A stretch of 64,000 nucleotides of DNA, from assembly GCF_003918875.1 (NCBI RefSeq), contig NW_025766975.1, positions 930,684 through 994,683 of the forward strand. The letters are read 5' to 3'. Position 1 is the first letter of the stretch, and every line of letters starts with the position of its first letter. Shown in pieces: positions 50,867-63,768 of the stretch. A program made the position numbers and the translations under genes. This stretch comes from Haliotis rubra (lineage: Eukaryota). The notes under the pieces were generated by a model that made no database searches, had not been told where the DNA came from, and saw only the letters and a program-made list of their open reading frames with translations.

Positions 50867-51487
50867 ACTTGTCTACAGACCGATCAGATCTAGTTAAAAC
50901 ATTGTTGACTGTTATGTCATGCGGAAATAAACACCAGTTTCGCCATTTTCTAAAGAACACATGAGTATTTGGTAGAATAGATTTTAAAATTTGTTGCATT
51001 AATTGTTATAATACAATGACAGTCTTTAGAAATGACAGGACATTCATTTGAATTCAAATTGTAAATCTATCAACTTATTTGGAAAAACAGTGACTTTATG
51101 GAAAATGGGCGTAACGTTTTGCGCTTTTTGGATTTAACAAGATGATGCATGAAAATATGGAAAAAGCATGATCATATTCACTTTTATCTTTTGCTTATCG
51201 ATGTATTCATTGCTACAACATCGTGAGTGGTAAGGTCAGCCAAAAATATTAATGTCAGATTCACAAAATACACACACACGCGCACGCACGAACACACACA
51301 CATAACATGGTATCCGTCACTTAGTTCACATTAGAAACGTACTTTTCTGCATAGTGATATGGAAGAACTGGTTATTTTTCATTGATATGTACGTGTAGAC
51401 TTATATCTGTGAGAATCTTTGTTTTTTCAATGTCCATTGCTGACAGGTGTTTGGTTTGAAATGTATTATTAGTGTATAACTTGTTTT

Positions 51488-51548
51488 AGTCACGATATGG
51501 TTGAAATATTGCCGATGTGATTGTAAAAATTAACTCACTCACTCGTCA
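51488..51548 (+). mobile_element. Second family C tail fragment
   Basis: tcacgatatggttgaaatattgccgatgtgattgtaaaaattaactcactcactcgtc, near-identical to 46095-46158. Confidence 0.3.
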
Positions 51549-52888
51549 GTATGTAACACACTATGATGGACTTATAACGGAACTCGTGAGCTGTTTCTGT
51601 CGGGACATTCATTTAATTCCTTGAAAACAAGCATAAAACCGAGACACGTGTGGAATCAATAACATCGCAAGCCTCCGGACTATTTTCAGATTTCGTACCT
51701 GGTCATAGATTCCCGTCAAACTCATACATCGTTACGGCGAATACCTTCAAAGGAACTATCTTCGAATTCTATTCAAAGTAACGCTCTCGCCTTAAATCTC
51801 GGGACAAAAAACACGCTTCTCACATTTAATATCGGTGTAAACTTGTAGGTTTTTATGCCTTTGTTTGTCATTTTCTTGTAAAACCAGATAACTTCGTTTT
51901 CTTTTTCGCAACATGATGTTAGTTTATGTTAAAGTGCTTGTCGCTTTCGTTTGTTCGCCGTCAGCAAAGCCCGGTTAAGCTTTTAGTATCCCCCATCTAA
52001 AAAGAGGGAGCGAAATCCAGACACGGACCCCGACCGCTTTCCATTCTAACGACACGCTATAACGTCTTACTCTTCACTGATGGCGGTCCAAGAGCCATGA
52101 AAAACCTGTAGCTCTCATTAGAGCCAAATGTTTGCGTTATTGGAAATAAGTTCCGCTCCTGCGGGTAAGGTTCGTTGGAGAAGCAGGTGAATTTATGCCC
52201 CAGTGATAAACATGTTGGAAGGCTATCAACGTGATGAAATTTGCCATAATTGACGGCCATCAATTTGTTCAACGCCATGTTGAAGCTTGTAACAGGGCAG
52301 GTTTTGTCATTACCGAGTAATCTCCCCTTGAACGATAATGCAGATGGCGCTCGCGAAATGGATGGCGACAGTTGTGATGTTGTTTCATAAATCTTGAGAA
52401 TGCTTACCGCATCACTCGCCGCGAAATGAGCATTTAATACGAGATTTCAAACTTTTAACGGTCTTTCATTTGGTTTTTATTTGAGATTTTTGCGTTTCTT
52501 CATCAGGGAGGTTATGAGCTATCATCCAAGAATCCCACTATGAATTTGAAACGCGCTGAGTCGATGTTTCATTAGAAGTTAAAACTGCCTTGTATTTTAT
52601 GAAGTCATATTTTCACAAGGTCGTTTTGTAGTCTGCGAATATGTCTGATGTAATGAACCCGTGTCTCGTTACAAGGAAGAGCCGATGTGTGTGTTTTCCT
52701 AAATATCCATGGCCAATCAAGTATGACGTGAAATTGACAAAAAACTGTAATGCCCTAAAAAAGGTGACATTATACAGAAGACTGTGTGTATCTCATGGAG
52801 AAAATTGCGAGAAAAGAGACAATGTGACGTAAAATTGAAAACGTAATAAAGCGACTTATAACCGTATTAAATGATAATAATTGGGAAA

Positions 52889-52890
<2 letters not shown>

Positions 52891-52984
<94 letters not shown>
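52891..52984. repeat. (GA)47 microsatellite followed by T9 G8
   Basis: gagagagaga... uninterrupted. Confidence 0.95.
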
Positions 52985-52987
<3 letters not shown>

Positions 52988-53049
52988 GTCGACGTTTTTT
53001 TTTGGGGGGGGAGTTCTATTCAATGGAAATCGATATATCTCTACACAGC

Positions 53050-53195
53050 CCATAGTTGCCGGGATCGGGAGGTAAGGCTCATTAACTTGATGAAAACATG
53101 TCATCGTATCCCAATTGTATACATGGGTGCCCATGCTATTGATCACTGGATTGTCTGGCCCAGACTTGATTATTGATGAGTGCGGCGTTAAACAA
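53050..53195 (+). mobile_element. Diverged family B copy immediately downstream of the (GA)47 microsatellite
   Basis: ccgggatcgggaggtaaggctcattaacttgatgaaaacatgtcatcgtatcccaattgtatacatgggtgcccatgctattgatcactggattgtctggcccagacttgattattgatgagtgcggcgttaaac. Confidence 0.4.
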
Positions 53196-56100
53196 CAACC
53201 AAACTAATCAATCTTTAATGGCAATTGTTTTAGTTGGCATCAATATTCCCTTTACATCGGATAGGAATCAGCATCCCGTAGTCATACAGAAAATATCTGA
53301 GTTCTAGTCTCATATGGTGTGAAGATCACCTTGTTGAAGTATGATGAAAGTGCAAGTGGCGTAAAATGAGATTCACTCACTCACGCAAATGACCCATGCC
53401 AACCCTTCAGCCCCACCCCACTTCCTAACATACACACACTATTATTCGACATACGTAAGATCACTACAGTTCATAAGCGAGAGTTGAATAGCGTCATTAA
53501 ACAGCAAAAGAACATTACCGGAATATGGGAGTTCGTTAATACAATAAATCAATGTCAAGATGTTGCCTAATTATGCCTTAGAGATATATTTAAGCGGATG
53601 ATAAAACAACTGCAAGATAAATGTAAATACATTTGTCGTGTTGAATTTAAGCCCCATTGTACATATGCTCATAGTGTGTGGAAGCATTGGGAATAAAACG
53701 GTCTTTTGGGGGTCGTTTATTTCTGCTTAAAACACTCTCGCTTTATTCCTGCCCGTCGTCCGTGACTTGTCACACTTTACCGGGTCATAATTGCCACGGG
53801 ACAGGGAAACAGTCGACTGGCATCAAGAGCCCTCCATCCCGTTATCTTAGACAATATAATGCTCGCGCACCTTTGTCTCCGACTTCCTGTGACACGCTCC
53901 AACATCCGGGACTTCTAGGTCCTTAAGACAAACAGCATTAGGCAATGAGAGGCAATTGAGCGACTCAACGACCCCTGTTACGATGATCTAATTTAGTCCT
54001 GTGCCCGAGTAGCTAAACTGCCATTCAGGACCGATCCGCATCCTAGCGCTCTGCCATATTGAGAGAGGTGCTGGGTGATAGCGAGCCAAACACAGGCCGA
54101 ATTGGATCACATTAGCTTCGTCCAGCGTTCAATTGCCTGGAAAGGGAAGGAAATTGGTTAACCCAGCTTTCAGTTTCTTCTTTAAAGCAATTGTAGCCAC
54201 GAGTAGCCATTACATCGGTCATGTGCATGGAATCAGCACGTGCGCACGTGCATCATGCACGCGCCCTGCACGGGGATCCGCTCGCCTGGTGCGCCCAAAC
54301 ACGTGACCTGAATTGAGGGGAGAATTTAATGAATAAAAAAGTCATCTATGCCTCCTGTTCGTATCTGGTTGGTCAAACATCCTGATGGTCACTCTATGCT
54401 AATGTCCAGCGCAACGTGTCCTGCAGACGTCATGCCAAATTCGATTGGGTCAGCCATATTACTCTGTCAATCCAACATTTGTTTATGATGAGTAATGATA
54501 GATGGAAGAGCGATACGAGCGAAAAGGTCAATTTGATAGCAATCTGTCGTATGGGAAAAGGTCGCGGAGCTTTATAGGTGAGCCTAATAGAAGAACGATT
54601 CCGGACAAAAGAAGGCAATTAGTACCTTCCTAGGACATATGTACGTGTGTATGTGACGCTGTATGATCATGCGCACACATCAGCATGGCCACTGTGTTTG
54701 TTGTCAAAGTCACCCTACCCACACGTGTATTGGTGGACAAGTCACTGGGCAGGTACTTGTCAGGCTGTTAGTTCTTTGGAGTTTTCACACAGTAAACAAT
54801 GTGAAATGTTGATACAACATAAATCAGCTTACATACAGTATTTCCCCTATTAAATGCCCAGACGTATATATTTTTGAGATGTTAAATCGCAAAGACAATG
54901 ATCGGGAGATGTCCGTGAATAATAGCAATCGAGCGTTTAACTGAAACCGGGCGTTTGATCGAGACCTGGAATTTAACTAGAGAAAATACGGTAGGTAGTG
55001 TTTTCGCCATAACGAAAATTCAAGTATCTCTTTCAAAAGAAGTAACAACGCTCTGAATAACAACCATATGTTTAATATCATAACTTAAATTGCTTTATTT
55101 CTCAAGATGGAAAGTGGAAAGAGGATAATCGCCTCCCTCTTCAGAGATTTACGTTTAGGGAGCCCTGTGGAAGGATACTCCGAGAGTCGTGTAGACACGC
55201 ACTGCAGCAAAGAGAAAATTGCATTTTGAGTTATTGACTTTTCTTCTATGTGCTCTTTGCAAATATTGCCATCGATATTTAATAACAGTTAAAAAACGCC
55301 CTTTCATTCTATTTGGTTTTTGGCACGTCGATACCAGGTCATATCGTTTTATGATCGCAAAACACTGAAAGAGTGCGGACTAGGTTTGCATTCCTGCGGT
55401 ATTTCAATGTCAAGGTCACGTTTGCGTAAGGTCAAAGGCAATCATTAGAATTGAAGTTTCATTACCTTGAATGTTGATGAATGTTCGAAAGCTAGTGTTA
55501 ATCTTCTGTGTCAGCTAAGACATAAAACTTTCAACTCAATATTCCAATGAAGCTTACTGATGGTCCGTCAATATGAACTAAAGTCTCCAACTGTAAATAT
55601 GTTCCAGTAGCAGACCTGGGATTAACGGTTAGCTGGAAGTTGATTAAACATCAATAAGGCAACTGATAGCACATGAAAATATCCAAATATTATTTCATTT
55701 CACAATTATGACTCTTCAAAAGCGGTTTTAAATCATGAAATAATCAATGGTAATTGCTCTTGGCTAGCTTAATGGCGGTCTTATCTTCTCATCCACTTCT
55801 CGCGAGATTTGAATCGAGGTTACGTTGCAATGAAGGGATGTCGTCACGGACGTGCACGGGATTTATGGGGCGGGGGCTGACATGGGGGGTATCACTGTGC
55901 CTGACGAGGACGAGGGGTCAGTACAGGAATCTCATAAAGTAAGCTGAGTCACATAGGGGAGAGGAGAGAAAGATGGCGGTGTTCCAACTGAAAACTCCTT
56001 TATTCAGGGCCTTGGTGACCTTGAAATGCCAAATGCTAAATTAAGCTCTCCGTCACTTAACGAAATTTAGGATAGTGAGTTGAACTGGACTTTGTGACTG

Positions 56101-56365
56101 CAACTGTCAGTAACGCCATTTACAGGTATCTCAAACAATGAGATTCACATTGTCTTTGAAATTGTACTCGTGTTTTCGAGCTATGCGCGAACACAGTGTT
56201 ACCACTAGACGTGTAAGCTGTACCATTTTTATACCAGATTAGTGTTTGGGGACACATATAGTCTTTGTATAGATGAACATCACACGAACTGTCAGGTCAT
56301 GAGAGATCTAAGCTAACTATTAAATACCTGAATGTGCAGAATAATTTATCAGAGGGTAACCTTGA

Positions 56366-56506
56366 TAGGGGTGGTACGATAGCGATGTGGGTTAAGCGTT
56401 CACTCGTCATGCCGAAGACCCAAGTTCGATTCCCCACACGGGGACAATGTGTGAATCCCATTTTATTGGGTCAGCATGATCCTTGTTCACAGCACCAATC
56501 ACCAGG
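56366..56506 (+). mobile_element. Family A-like tRNA-derived head with a divergent 3' region, left half of a second A+B composite
   Basis: ggggtggtacgatagcgatgtgggttaagcgttcactcgtcatgccgaagacccaagttcgattccccacacggggacaatgtgtgaatcccatttt then divergent sequence. Confidence 0.5.
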
Positions 56507-56724
56507 TGAGTGAGTGAGTGGGTGAGTATAGTGAGCGGTCATTAAATAATCGAGTCTGGATCAGACAATCCAGTGATCAACAGCACGAGCATCGATCTAC
56601 GCATTTGGGGTATGATGACATGTGTCAACCAAGCCAGCGAGTCTGACCACCCGATCCCGTTAGTCACCTATTAGGAGAAGCATGGGTTGCTGAAGATCAA
56701 TTCTAACCCGGATCTTCATGGGTC
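56507..56724 (-). mobile_element. Family B copy (antisense), right half of the second A+B composite
   Basis: gtgagtgagtgagtgggtgagtatagtgagcggtcattaaataatcgagtctggatcagacaatccagtgatcaacagcacgagcatcgatctacgcatttgggg...cccgttagtcacc...catgggttgctgaagatcaattctaacccggatcttcatgggtc. Confidence 0.65.
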
Positions 56725-56931
56725 TGGTCGAGACAGGATCATGTGCAAGTCTACGTCAATAGATGGAATGTTGATGAGCATGGTGTGACACCCAAACATT
56801 TATGCTTGCCATTACGTGTTCTGTGTACGTTCTTGGGGTACCGACAGACGTGGCATACTGTGGCATCATTACTGTATTATACGGTTTTGTATTCAAGGAT
56901 TAAATCCTAGGTAAGGGGAAATCATCACAAA

Positions 56932-57064
56932 ATATACTCATGCCAATAATGGTTGTCACCCCCCCCCCCACCCCAACCCCACACATACCTCACACCCCCA
57001 CCCGACACCCCCTCTCCAATTAAAAAATTGAAGGGGGTGACAACCATTATTGGCATGAGTATAT
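56932..57064. mobile_element. TA-flanked hairpin (MITE-like) element: perfect ~32-bp terminal inverted repeats atatactcatgccaataatggttgtcaccccc around a ~70-bp C-rich loop
   Basis: Left arm 56932-56963 is the exact reverse complement of right arm 57033-57064. The loop is cccccaccccaaccccacacatacctcacacccccacccgacaccccctctccaattaaaaaattgaa. Outer boundaries fall in at/ta dinucleotides, consistent with TA target sites. Confidence 0.5.
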
Positions 57065-58101
57065 ATAGGAACATGAACATACACTGTTGCGTTATACCAC
57101 CCACCTGACATCCTCTCCAACCCTATCTGAATCACGTTTTGTGTTATTTTTACAAGATCGAAGTTTCGCCAGGCGTTCCTTTAAGACAGGTGTTGGTTCT
57201 TTCTCTGAAACAGTTGATCTGAAGCATATTGAAGGGATCACAGTACTGTATATGTTATCACTATTACCTGGGAAAACATGGCCACTGAACGAACCCATCA
57301 ACTTCGCATAGTTGCCCCTCTTAGGCACGTCATCATCACCAGATATATCCTGCTTATGATCCTTGATGTTTCAACAGTACAGTACACGTTGGTTTCACCA
57401 GAATGGTAAATGCCAATGACGTGCATCACTCTCGTCTTTGCCAAATCCAAGTCACATTACTTTTCATATTTGCTTTGAATTCAACTCACTCACCCTGAAC
57501 GGCGTGGGAATCAAAACGACGTGTTACTGTATTTGTTGTTATACTTCGCCTTCACGTAATATTTCAGGACAATGAGAAGTCTCTGTTGTGACTATTTGTG
57601 GAATGTGACTGTGAACTAGCACTACATGACTCACCACAGCAAAGCCAAGGAACAGATACTTTTATTTATTTGCACAGAGCCCAGTCTCAATAATATCATC
57701 ATGGACAACCGCTGGTCAAGCGGTCCTTTCACAATATTTATCCCCGTGAGAAGGTCCGCGGATTGCAAGCCCAAACAGACTAGTTATGAAACTGGACGCC
57801 GGCATGAAGCGTCGAGAGAACGCACCTGCAGAACCAGTCCCGAGGCTAGGGGTGTTGAAGAGCGAGCCGGCTTTCATTTAGGGTCATTTAAAGAGGAGTT
57901 TGTTAAATTGAGTTACCGTTTTCGGATATTTTGGTCATCGCCACCAGATGACCTCCGGCTGTGGTTTTGCCACAATCTTTGTTGTGTCAGGTTTTAGAAG
58001 GACGTCTTAAATAGTTGCTAATGGTGGAGAGACAACTACCCGATATGGGTTGATATTTGAAACAGACTTAATTGAAATACTTTGCATATGTCATTCCCTC
58101 T

Positions 58102-58310
58102 GACGTCATTGATGAATGCCATTGTATCCCAGTTGCATGGATCGATGTTCATGATGTCAATAACCGATTGTTTAGGCGATAATCGATTATTTACCGACCT
58201 CTGTCATAGAGCCTAATCATTGGTGAGTGTGGTATATTTAACACCGCACGAATGAACGAACGAGTGAACGAACGAACGAGCGAGAGAACGAACGAACGAA
58301 CGCACAAACC
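58102..58310 (+). mobile_element. Highly diverged family B-like copy with a (GAACGAAC)n tail in place of (CTCA)n
   Basis: cattgtatcccagttgcatggatcgatgttcatgatgtcaataaccgattgtttaggcgataatcgattatttaccgacc...ggtgagtgtggtatatttaacaccgcacgaatgaacgaacgagtgaacgaacgaacgag. Confidence 0.35.
58251..58310. repeat. (GAACGAAC)n-like microsatellite
   Basis: gaacgaacgagtgaacgaacgaacgagcgagagaacgaacgaacgaacgcac. Confidence 0.8.
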
Positions 58311-59589
58311 ACGTCTGTGGCACTGTCGAACCATCATCCCAACAACTATTGGTGATTCCAAATCGCAAAGGCTTTGAAAGGAGTCTTAAACGATTGAAGT
58401 TTCCGATGAGTATTTTTATATAGTTCTTTGTCCAATTTTAACCGACTTTAAATTCTTTCTAAAACGCTGGTTCAAACACTAACCGCACTCGCATTTCAGT
58501 GAGTGAGTATAATTCACGCCGCCTTTAGAACTACAACAGCACCATCTAGGCGGGAGGGACCACAAAAGGATTAGTTTTTTAACGAGAAGGCCGTAAGAGC
58601 AATTGCACATGCTTGTATCATGTAACTGCCTGGACTACCTACCTAAATCAGAATCTGACAAGGAAGTATATCAGAACACTGACGTGATACTGACGATTCT
58701 ACAGCCCACAGCCTTATAAAAATGAATGAGAACATTTCGGTTCGGCACTTTCACTTTTTCTCCACCCGTTTGCACCATATATTGTCACGTGACCATGTAT
58801 ATTCCCCAGGGTATATCTGTCCCACAGATGTTATCGCGTGTTAAAGATAAGACACCGAGGTCTAATTTCAACTCTTCCAATTTGCGCAGAAAAAGCGAGG
58901 TATCAAAGTTTCCTCCCGGGAAATAAAACATAATTCCTCTTCCGACGATGCATTTACCGGACTTTAAATGTACAAGCCGGCTCTGTTTTAAGCGTTATGT
59001 AAGATGCTTATCTGTTTTTGGTTGGCCTTCTTATGACAATTAAGCCGAATTCCTCTACCCTGTAACATAATTGTTCAGAGGTTTACCAGATGAAAGCTGT
59101 GGCGCTGGTCTGGTAATATGGATAAAATGCACTAGCTCAAAGAGTTTTCATTTTCCTTAATGTAAACACAGTTCACGATGAGATAAGATGTATGAAAATG
59201 CACGGTTCGACAGACACGCGGCGTTTGCCGATTCGCGAGTTCATAGCCAATCAGAATGTGAAATATTGCTTAGAGGGGTCTCCATGGGTGGTAGACAGGT
59301 TTCGCAATAAACACCATTTTTTGTCACGTTCTCGAGATATCGTCATATTTGTGGAGATAAAACGCGGAAGGGGAGAGGCTGCGCGTATGGTTATTGTAAC
59401 AGTAAATTCTCAGATCATACGGGTACTGTACGCGCCCTGTGGAGGAAACTTGCATGCTGGAACAAATTCTCACTGCGAATCTGTATTTACGCACCGTAAG
59501 TGCTTACTGAACACAACGGTTGTGTTGCCACGGCCACGGCCACGCCTAGCGTTATCATTATAATGTTCAAGTACATTGTTGGTGCTATT

Positions 59590-59790
59590 ATTTCCATTTA
59601 ACAGCAGTTGGTAGAGGAACAGAAGCAGTAGTATTGGTAGTAGTATGTGCAGTAGTAATAGTAGTGGTGGTTGTTGTAGTAGTAGCAGTTGTAGTAGTAG
59701 TAGAAGTAGTAGTAGTAGAAGTAGTGGCATGTGCAGCAGCAGCAGTAGTAGTAGTAGTAGTAGTAGTTCTGGCGTGGTGAGGCATATCGT
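59590..59790. repeat. Imperfect (AGT)n / (GTA)n trinucleotide tract
   Basis: agtagtagtagaagtagtagtagtagaagtagtggc... Explains the poly-Thr / poly-Leu artefact ORFs. Confidence 0.85.
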
Positions 59791-59934
59791 TATCAAATAA
59801 CGTTTAAGTACATTCTTATTGTTTGTTATTATTTCCAGTTAACAACAAGAGCAGTTGTAGCAGACATAACTGGAGCAGTCGTGGTGTCTGTTATGTTGCG
59901 TGGTGTCTGTTGTGCTGAGGTAGCAGGAGTAGTA

Positions 59935-61790
59935 GTAGTATTATAAAAAGTAGTAGTGGCAGAGGAGTATGTGACCACTAGTAGTGGCAGTGGTAGCAGT
60001 AGTATGTGACCACTAGTAGTGGCAGGGGTAGCAGTAGTATGTGACCACTAGTAGTGGCAGAGTTAGCAGTAGTATGTGACCACTAGTAGTGGCAGAGGTA
60101 GCAGTAGTATGTGACCACTAGTAGTAGCAGAGTTAGCAGTGTATGTGACCACCAGTAGTGGCACTAGCAGTAGTGGCAGCAGTAGTATGTGAGCAGTAGG
60201 CAGAGGTAGCAGTAGTATGTGACCACCTAGTAGTGGCAGCAGGGTAGCAGTAGTATGTGACCACTAGTATTGGCAGAGTTAGCAGTAGTATGTGACCACC
60301 AGTAGTGGCAGTAGCAGTGGCATAGCAGTGACCACATTGGCAGAGTAGCAGTAGTATGTTAGCAGTGGCAGGGGTAGCAGTAGTATGTGACCACTAGTAG
60401 TGGCAGTATGTGGTAGCAGTAGTATGTGACCACTAGTAGTGGCAGCAGTATATGTGCAGTGGCAGAGGTATGTGACCACCAGTAGTGGCAGAGATAGCAG
60501 TAGTATGTGCTAGTAGTGGCAGTAGCAGTAGTATGTGACCACTAGTAGTGGCAGAGATAGCAGTAGTATGTAGACAGAGTAGCAGTAGTGACCACTAGTA
60601 GTGGCAGAGGTAGCAGTAGTATGTGACCACTAGTAGTGGCAGAGGTAGCAGTAGTATGTGACCACTAGTAGTGGCAGAGATAGCAGTAGTATGTGACCAC
60701 TAGTAGTGGCAGAGTTAGCAGTAGTATGTGACCACTAGTAGTGGCAGAGGTAGCAGTAGTATGTGACCACTAGTAGTGGCAGAGACCACTAGTAGCAGTA
60801 GTATGTGACCACTAGTAGAGGCAGAGATAGCAGTATATGTGACCACTAGTAGTGGCAGAGGTAGCAGTAGTATGTGACCACCAGTAGTGGCAGAGGTAGC
60901 AGTAGTATGTGACCACTAGTAGTGGCAGAGGTAGCAGTGGCAGAGATAGCAGTAGTATGTGACCACTAGTAGTGATAGCAGTAGTATGTGACCACTAGTA
61001 GTGGCAGAGAGATAGCAGTAGCATGTGACCACTAGTAGTGGCAGCAGTATGTGACCACTAGTAGTGGCAGAGATAGCAGTATGTGACCACTAGTGGCAGA
61101 GTGTAGTATGTGCAGAGATAGCAGTAGTATGTGACCACTAGTAGTGGCAGAGTTAGCAGTAGTATGTGACCACTAGTAGTGGCAGAGGTAGCAGTAGTAT
61201 GTGACCACTAGTAGTGGCAGAGGTAGCAGTAGCATGTGACCACTAGTAGTGGCAGAGTTAGCAGTAGTATGTGACCACTAGTAGTGGCAGAGGTAGCAGT
61301 AGCAGTAGTCATGTGACCACCTAGTAGTGGCAGAGGTAGCAGTAGTATGTGACCAGCAGTAGTGGCAGTGGCAGAGGTAGCAGTAGCATGTGACCACTAG
61401 TAGTGGCAGAGGTGGCAGATGTGACCACCTAGTAGTGGCAGAGGTAGTAGTATGTGTGTGACCAGTGGCAGAGGTAGCAGTAGTATGTGACCACTAGTAG
61501 TGGCAGAGGTAGTATGTGACCACTAGTAGTGGCAGAGGTAGCAGTAGTATGTGACCACTAGTAGTGGCAGAGGTAGCAGTAGTATGTGACCACTAGTAGT
61601 GGCAGAGGTAGCAGTAGTATGTGACCACTAGTAGTGGCAGAGGTAGCAGTAGTATGTGACCACTAGTAGTGGCAGAGGTAGCAGTAGTATGTGACCACTA
61701 GTAGTGGCAGAGGTAGCAGTAGTATGTGACCACTAGTAGTGGCAGAGGTAGCAGTAGTATGTGACCACTAGTAGTGGCAGACGTAAACGA
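59935..61790. repeat. Minisatellite, 35-bp unit gtagcagtagtatgtgaccactagtagtggcagag x ~53 (SpeI site per unit)
   Basis: Period 35 verified between 61566 and 61601. Many near-perfect copies. Confidence 0.95.
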
Positions 61791-61919
61791 AGTATGGGTG
61801 GGAAACCTTAGTAATAGAGGTAGTAGTATTGTGGTAGTAGATCTGACACATTAATATTGTTATGTTCAAATATATCACTATTATTATTGTTATTATTTAC
61901 GGCTAGCACTAGGAATCGT

Positions 61920-62027
61920 AGTAGCAATAGCAAATCAGTTGTAGTGGTAGTAGTAGATGTAGAAGTTGTAGCACAAAACCACAGAGGCAACAACAGTATT
62001 AGCAGAAGAGAAGTATTAGTACAGGAC

Positions 62028-62071
<44 letters not shown>

Positions 62072-62120
62072 CATTAGTAGTGGTTGTGGTAGTAGCAGTA
62101 GTAGTAGTAGTAGTAGCAGT

Positions 62121-62152
<32 letters not shown>

Positions 62153-62290
62153 TAGTAGTAGCATTAGTAGTGGTGGTGGTAGTAGCAGTAGTAGTAGTAG
62201 TAGTAGTAGTAGCAGTAGCTAGCAGCAGCAGCAGTAGCAGAAGCAACAGCAGCAGTAGTAGTAGTAGTAGTAGTAGTAGCAGCAGTAGTT
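61920..62290. repeat. Imperfect (AGT)n/(AGC)n trinucleotide array
   Basis: agtagtagtagtagtagcagtagcagcagcagcagc... Source of the poly-Ser, poly-Leu and poly-Val/Thr artefact ORFs 61808-62354. Confidence 0.9.
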
Positions 62291-62942
62291 TTGGTGTAAT
62301 AGTAGTCATAATTATATTGAATTTGTAATCCGTTTCAATCACAGAAGGCAACATTACTATTCATATCATTGTAATTGGCAAAGCTTATGTTTTGGAAAGG
62401 TTGAGACTTATGGCATGAACGTTGTGATACCATCCGTAGTCTTGTTATTGAAAGACTGGCTGAAGATTTGGACACATTGTGATGAACGCCATGGCCAAAG
62501 CGAAGATTTTTCACCCAACTTTAAATCACCAGAACATGGTATTGCCAGCACGTCTGAGAGATGACCATGGCACTACCATCCTAACATGACAGGCCATTCC
62601 ATCTCGTAGTGTTAAATGCTTCTATCGTGCATAATAGGCACTTTCCGGCTGCTGAGATAACAGTTTCTCCAAAGAAAATTCATCTTCGAGAATAGATACG
62701 TCTTGCAAAATGTAGTCGTTTCATTGGAACCGCACTCGTTTCTTCTTCCTAAGGTGATATACGTTTCGATTTACGATTATGATTTCCGGCGTGTATGTTT
62801 CTCACGTACGTATTTGCGTATATTTGTCAGTAGCATGCGTCCAATCTTCTTATACGTATCTACTGCACTTTGAGTGCCACAAGCTGCATAAGGGTCCTTT
62901 GTTGCGCGTGTGGTAATATGATGTTTGTTTGTTGTTTAAAGG

Positions 62943-63034
62943 CGCACTCAGCAATATTCGAGCTATATGTAAATAATCGAGTCTGTCCAGACAATACAGT
63001 GATCAACATCAAGAGTATCGATCTACGCAACAGC
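62943..63034 (-). mobile_element. Partial family B copy (5' part, antisense)
   Basis: gcgcactcagcaatattcgagctatatgtaaataatcgagtctgtccagacaatacagtgatcaacatcaagagtatcgatctacgcaacagcg. Confidence 0.4.
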
Positions 63035-63059
63035 GTTTTTTATGCTGTAACATCATTGT

Positions 63060-63600
63060 TGTTTCAGAAATGTGCGTCTCTTCTGCTGTAACATGCAATG
63101 TTGTTTAAGAAATGTGCGTTTCTTATGCTGTAACATGCAATGTTGTTTCAGTAATGTGCCTTTCTTCAGCAATGTGCTTTCTTCTGCTGTAACATGCATT
63201 GTTGTTTCTACAGAAATGTGCGTCTCTTACGTAGTGACATGTATTGAGGGATCAGTAATGTGCTTTCTTCAGTAATGTGCTTTCTTCAGTAATGTGCTTT
63301 CTTCAGTAATGTGCTTTCTTCAGAGATGTGCTTTCTTACATTATTGTTTCATTAATGTTCGTTACTTGTGCGGTAATATGCGTTACTTGTGCGTTACTTG
63401 TGCAGTAATATGCGTTACGTGTGCGGTAATATGCGTTATTTGTGCGGTAATATGCGTTACTTGTGCGTTACTTGTGCAGTAATATGCGTTACTTGTGCGG
63501 TAATATGCGTTACTTGTGCGGTAATATGCGTTACTTGTGCGGTAATATGCGTTACTTGTGCGTTACTTGTGCAGTAATATGCGTTACTTGTGCAGTAATA
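63060..63600. repeat. Three adjacent short tandem families: ~50-bp unit (aatgtgcgtctcttctgctgtaacatgcaatgttgtttcag) x4, 17-bp unit (cagtaatgtgctttctt) x5, ~21-bp unit (ggtaatatgcgttacttgtgc) x ~10
   Basis: Direct reading. Confidence 0.85.
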
Positions 63601-63768
63601 TGCATTCCCTACGCGTGTACATATACTTTGCTTTTGCGGTAATATCTATTTCTTTCACAAATACGTTTCCCATGTCTGTTGCGTGTATAGTTATACATAT
63701 TGTATTTAGAGTCCTTATGCAGTGTATATTATAGTATCTGCAGTGTGTATAGTCGTTCCGGTAATGTA

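Noticed and set aside
52057-52400. Minus-strand ORFs (MALNKLMAVNYGKFHHVDSLPTCLSLGHKFTCFSNEPYPQ... and an adjacent 39-aa ORF)
   Set aside because: No recognisable domain, no convincing splice context, moderate length only. Left unannotated.
59470-62354. Poly-Leu, poly-Thr, poly-Ser, poly-Val ORFs on both strands
   Set aside because: Products of (AGT)n/(AGC)n trinucleotide arrays and the 35-bp minisatellite. Homopolymeric proteins on both strands simultaneously are repeat translations, not genes.
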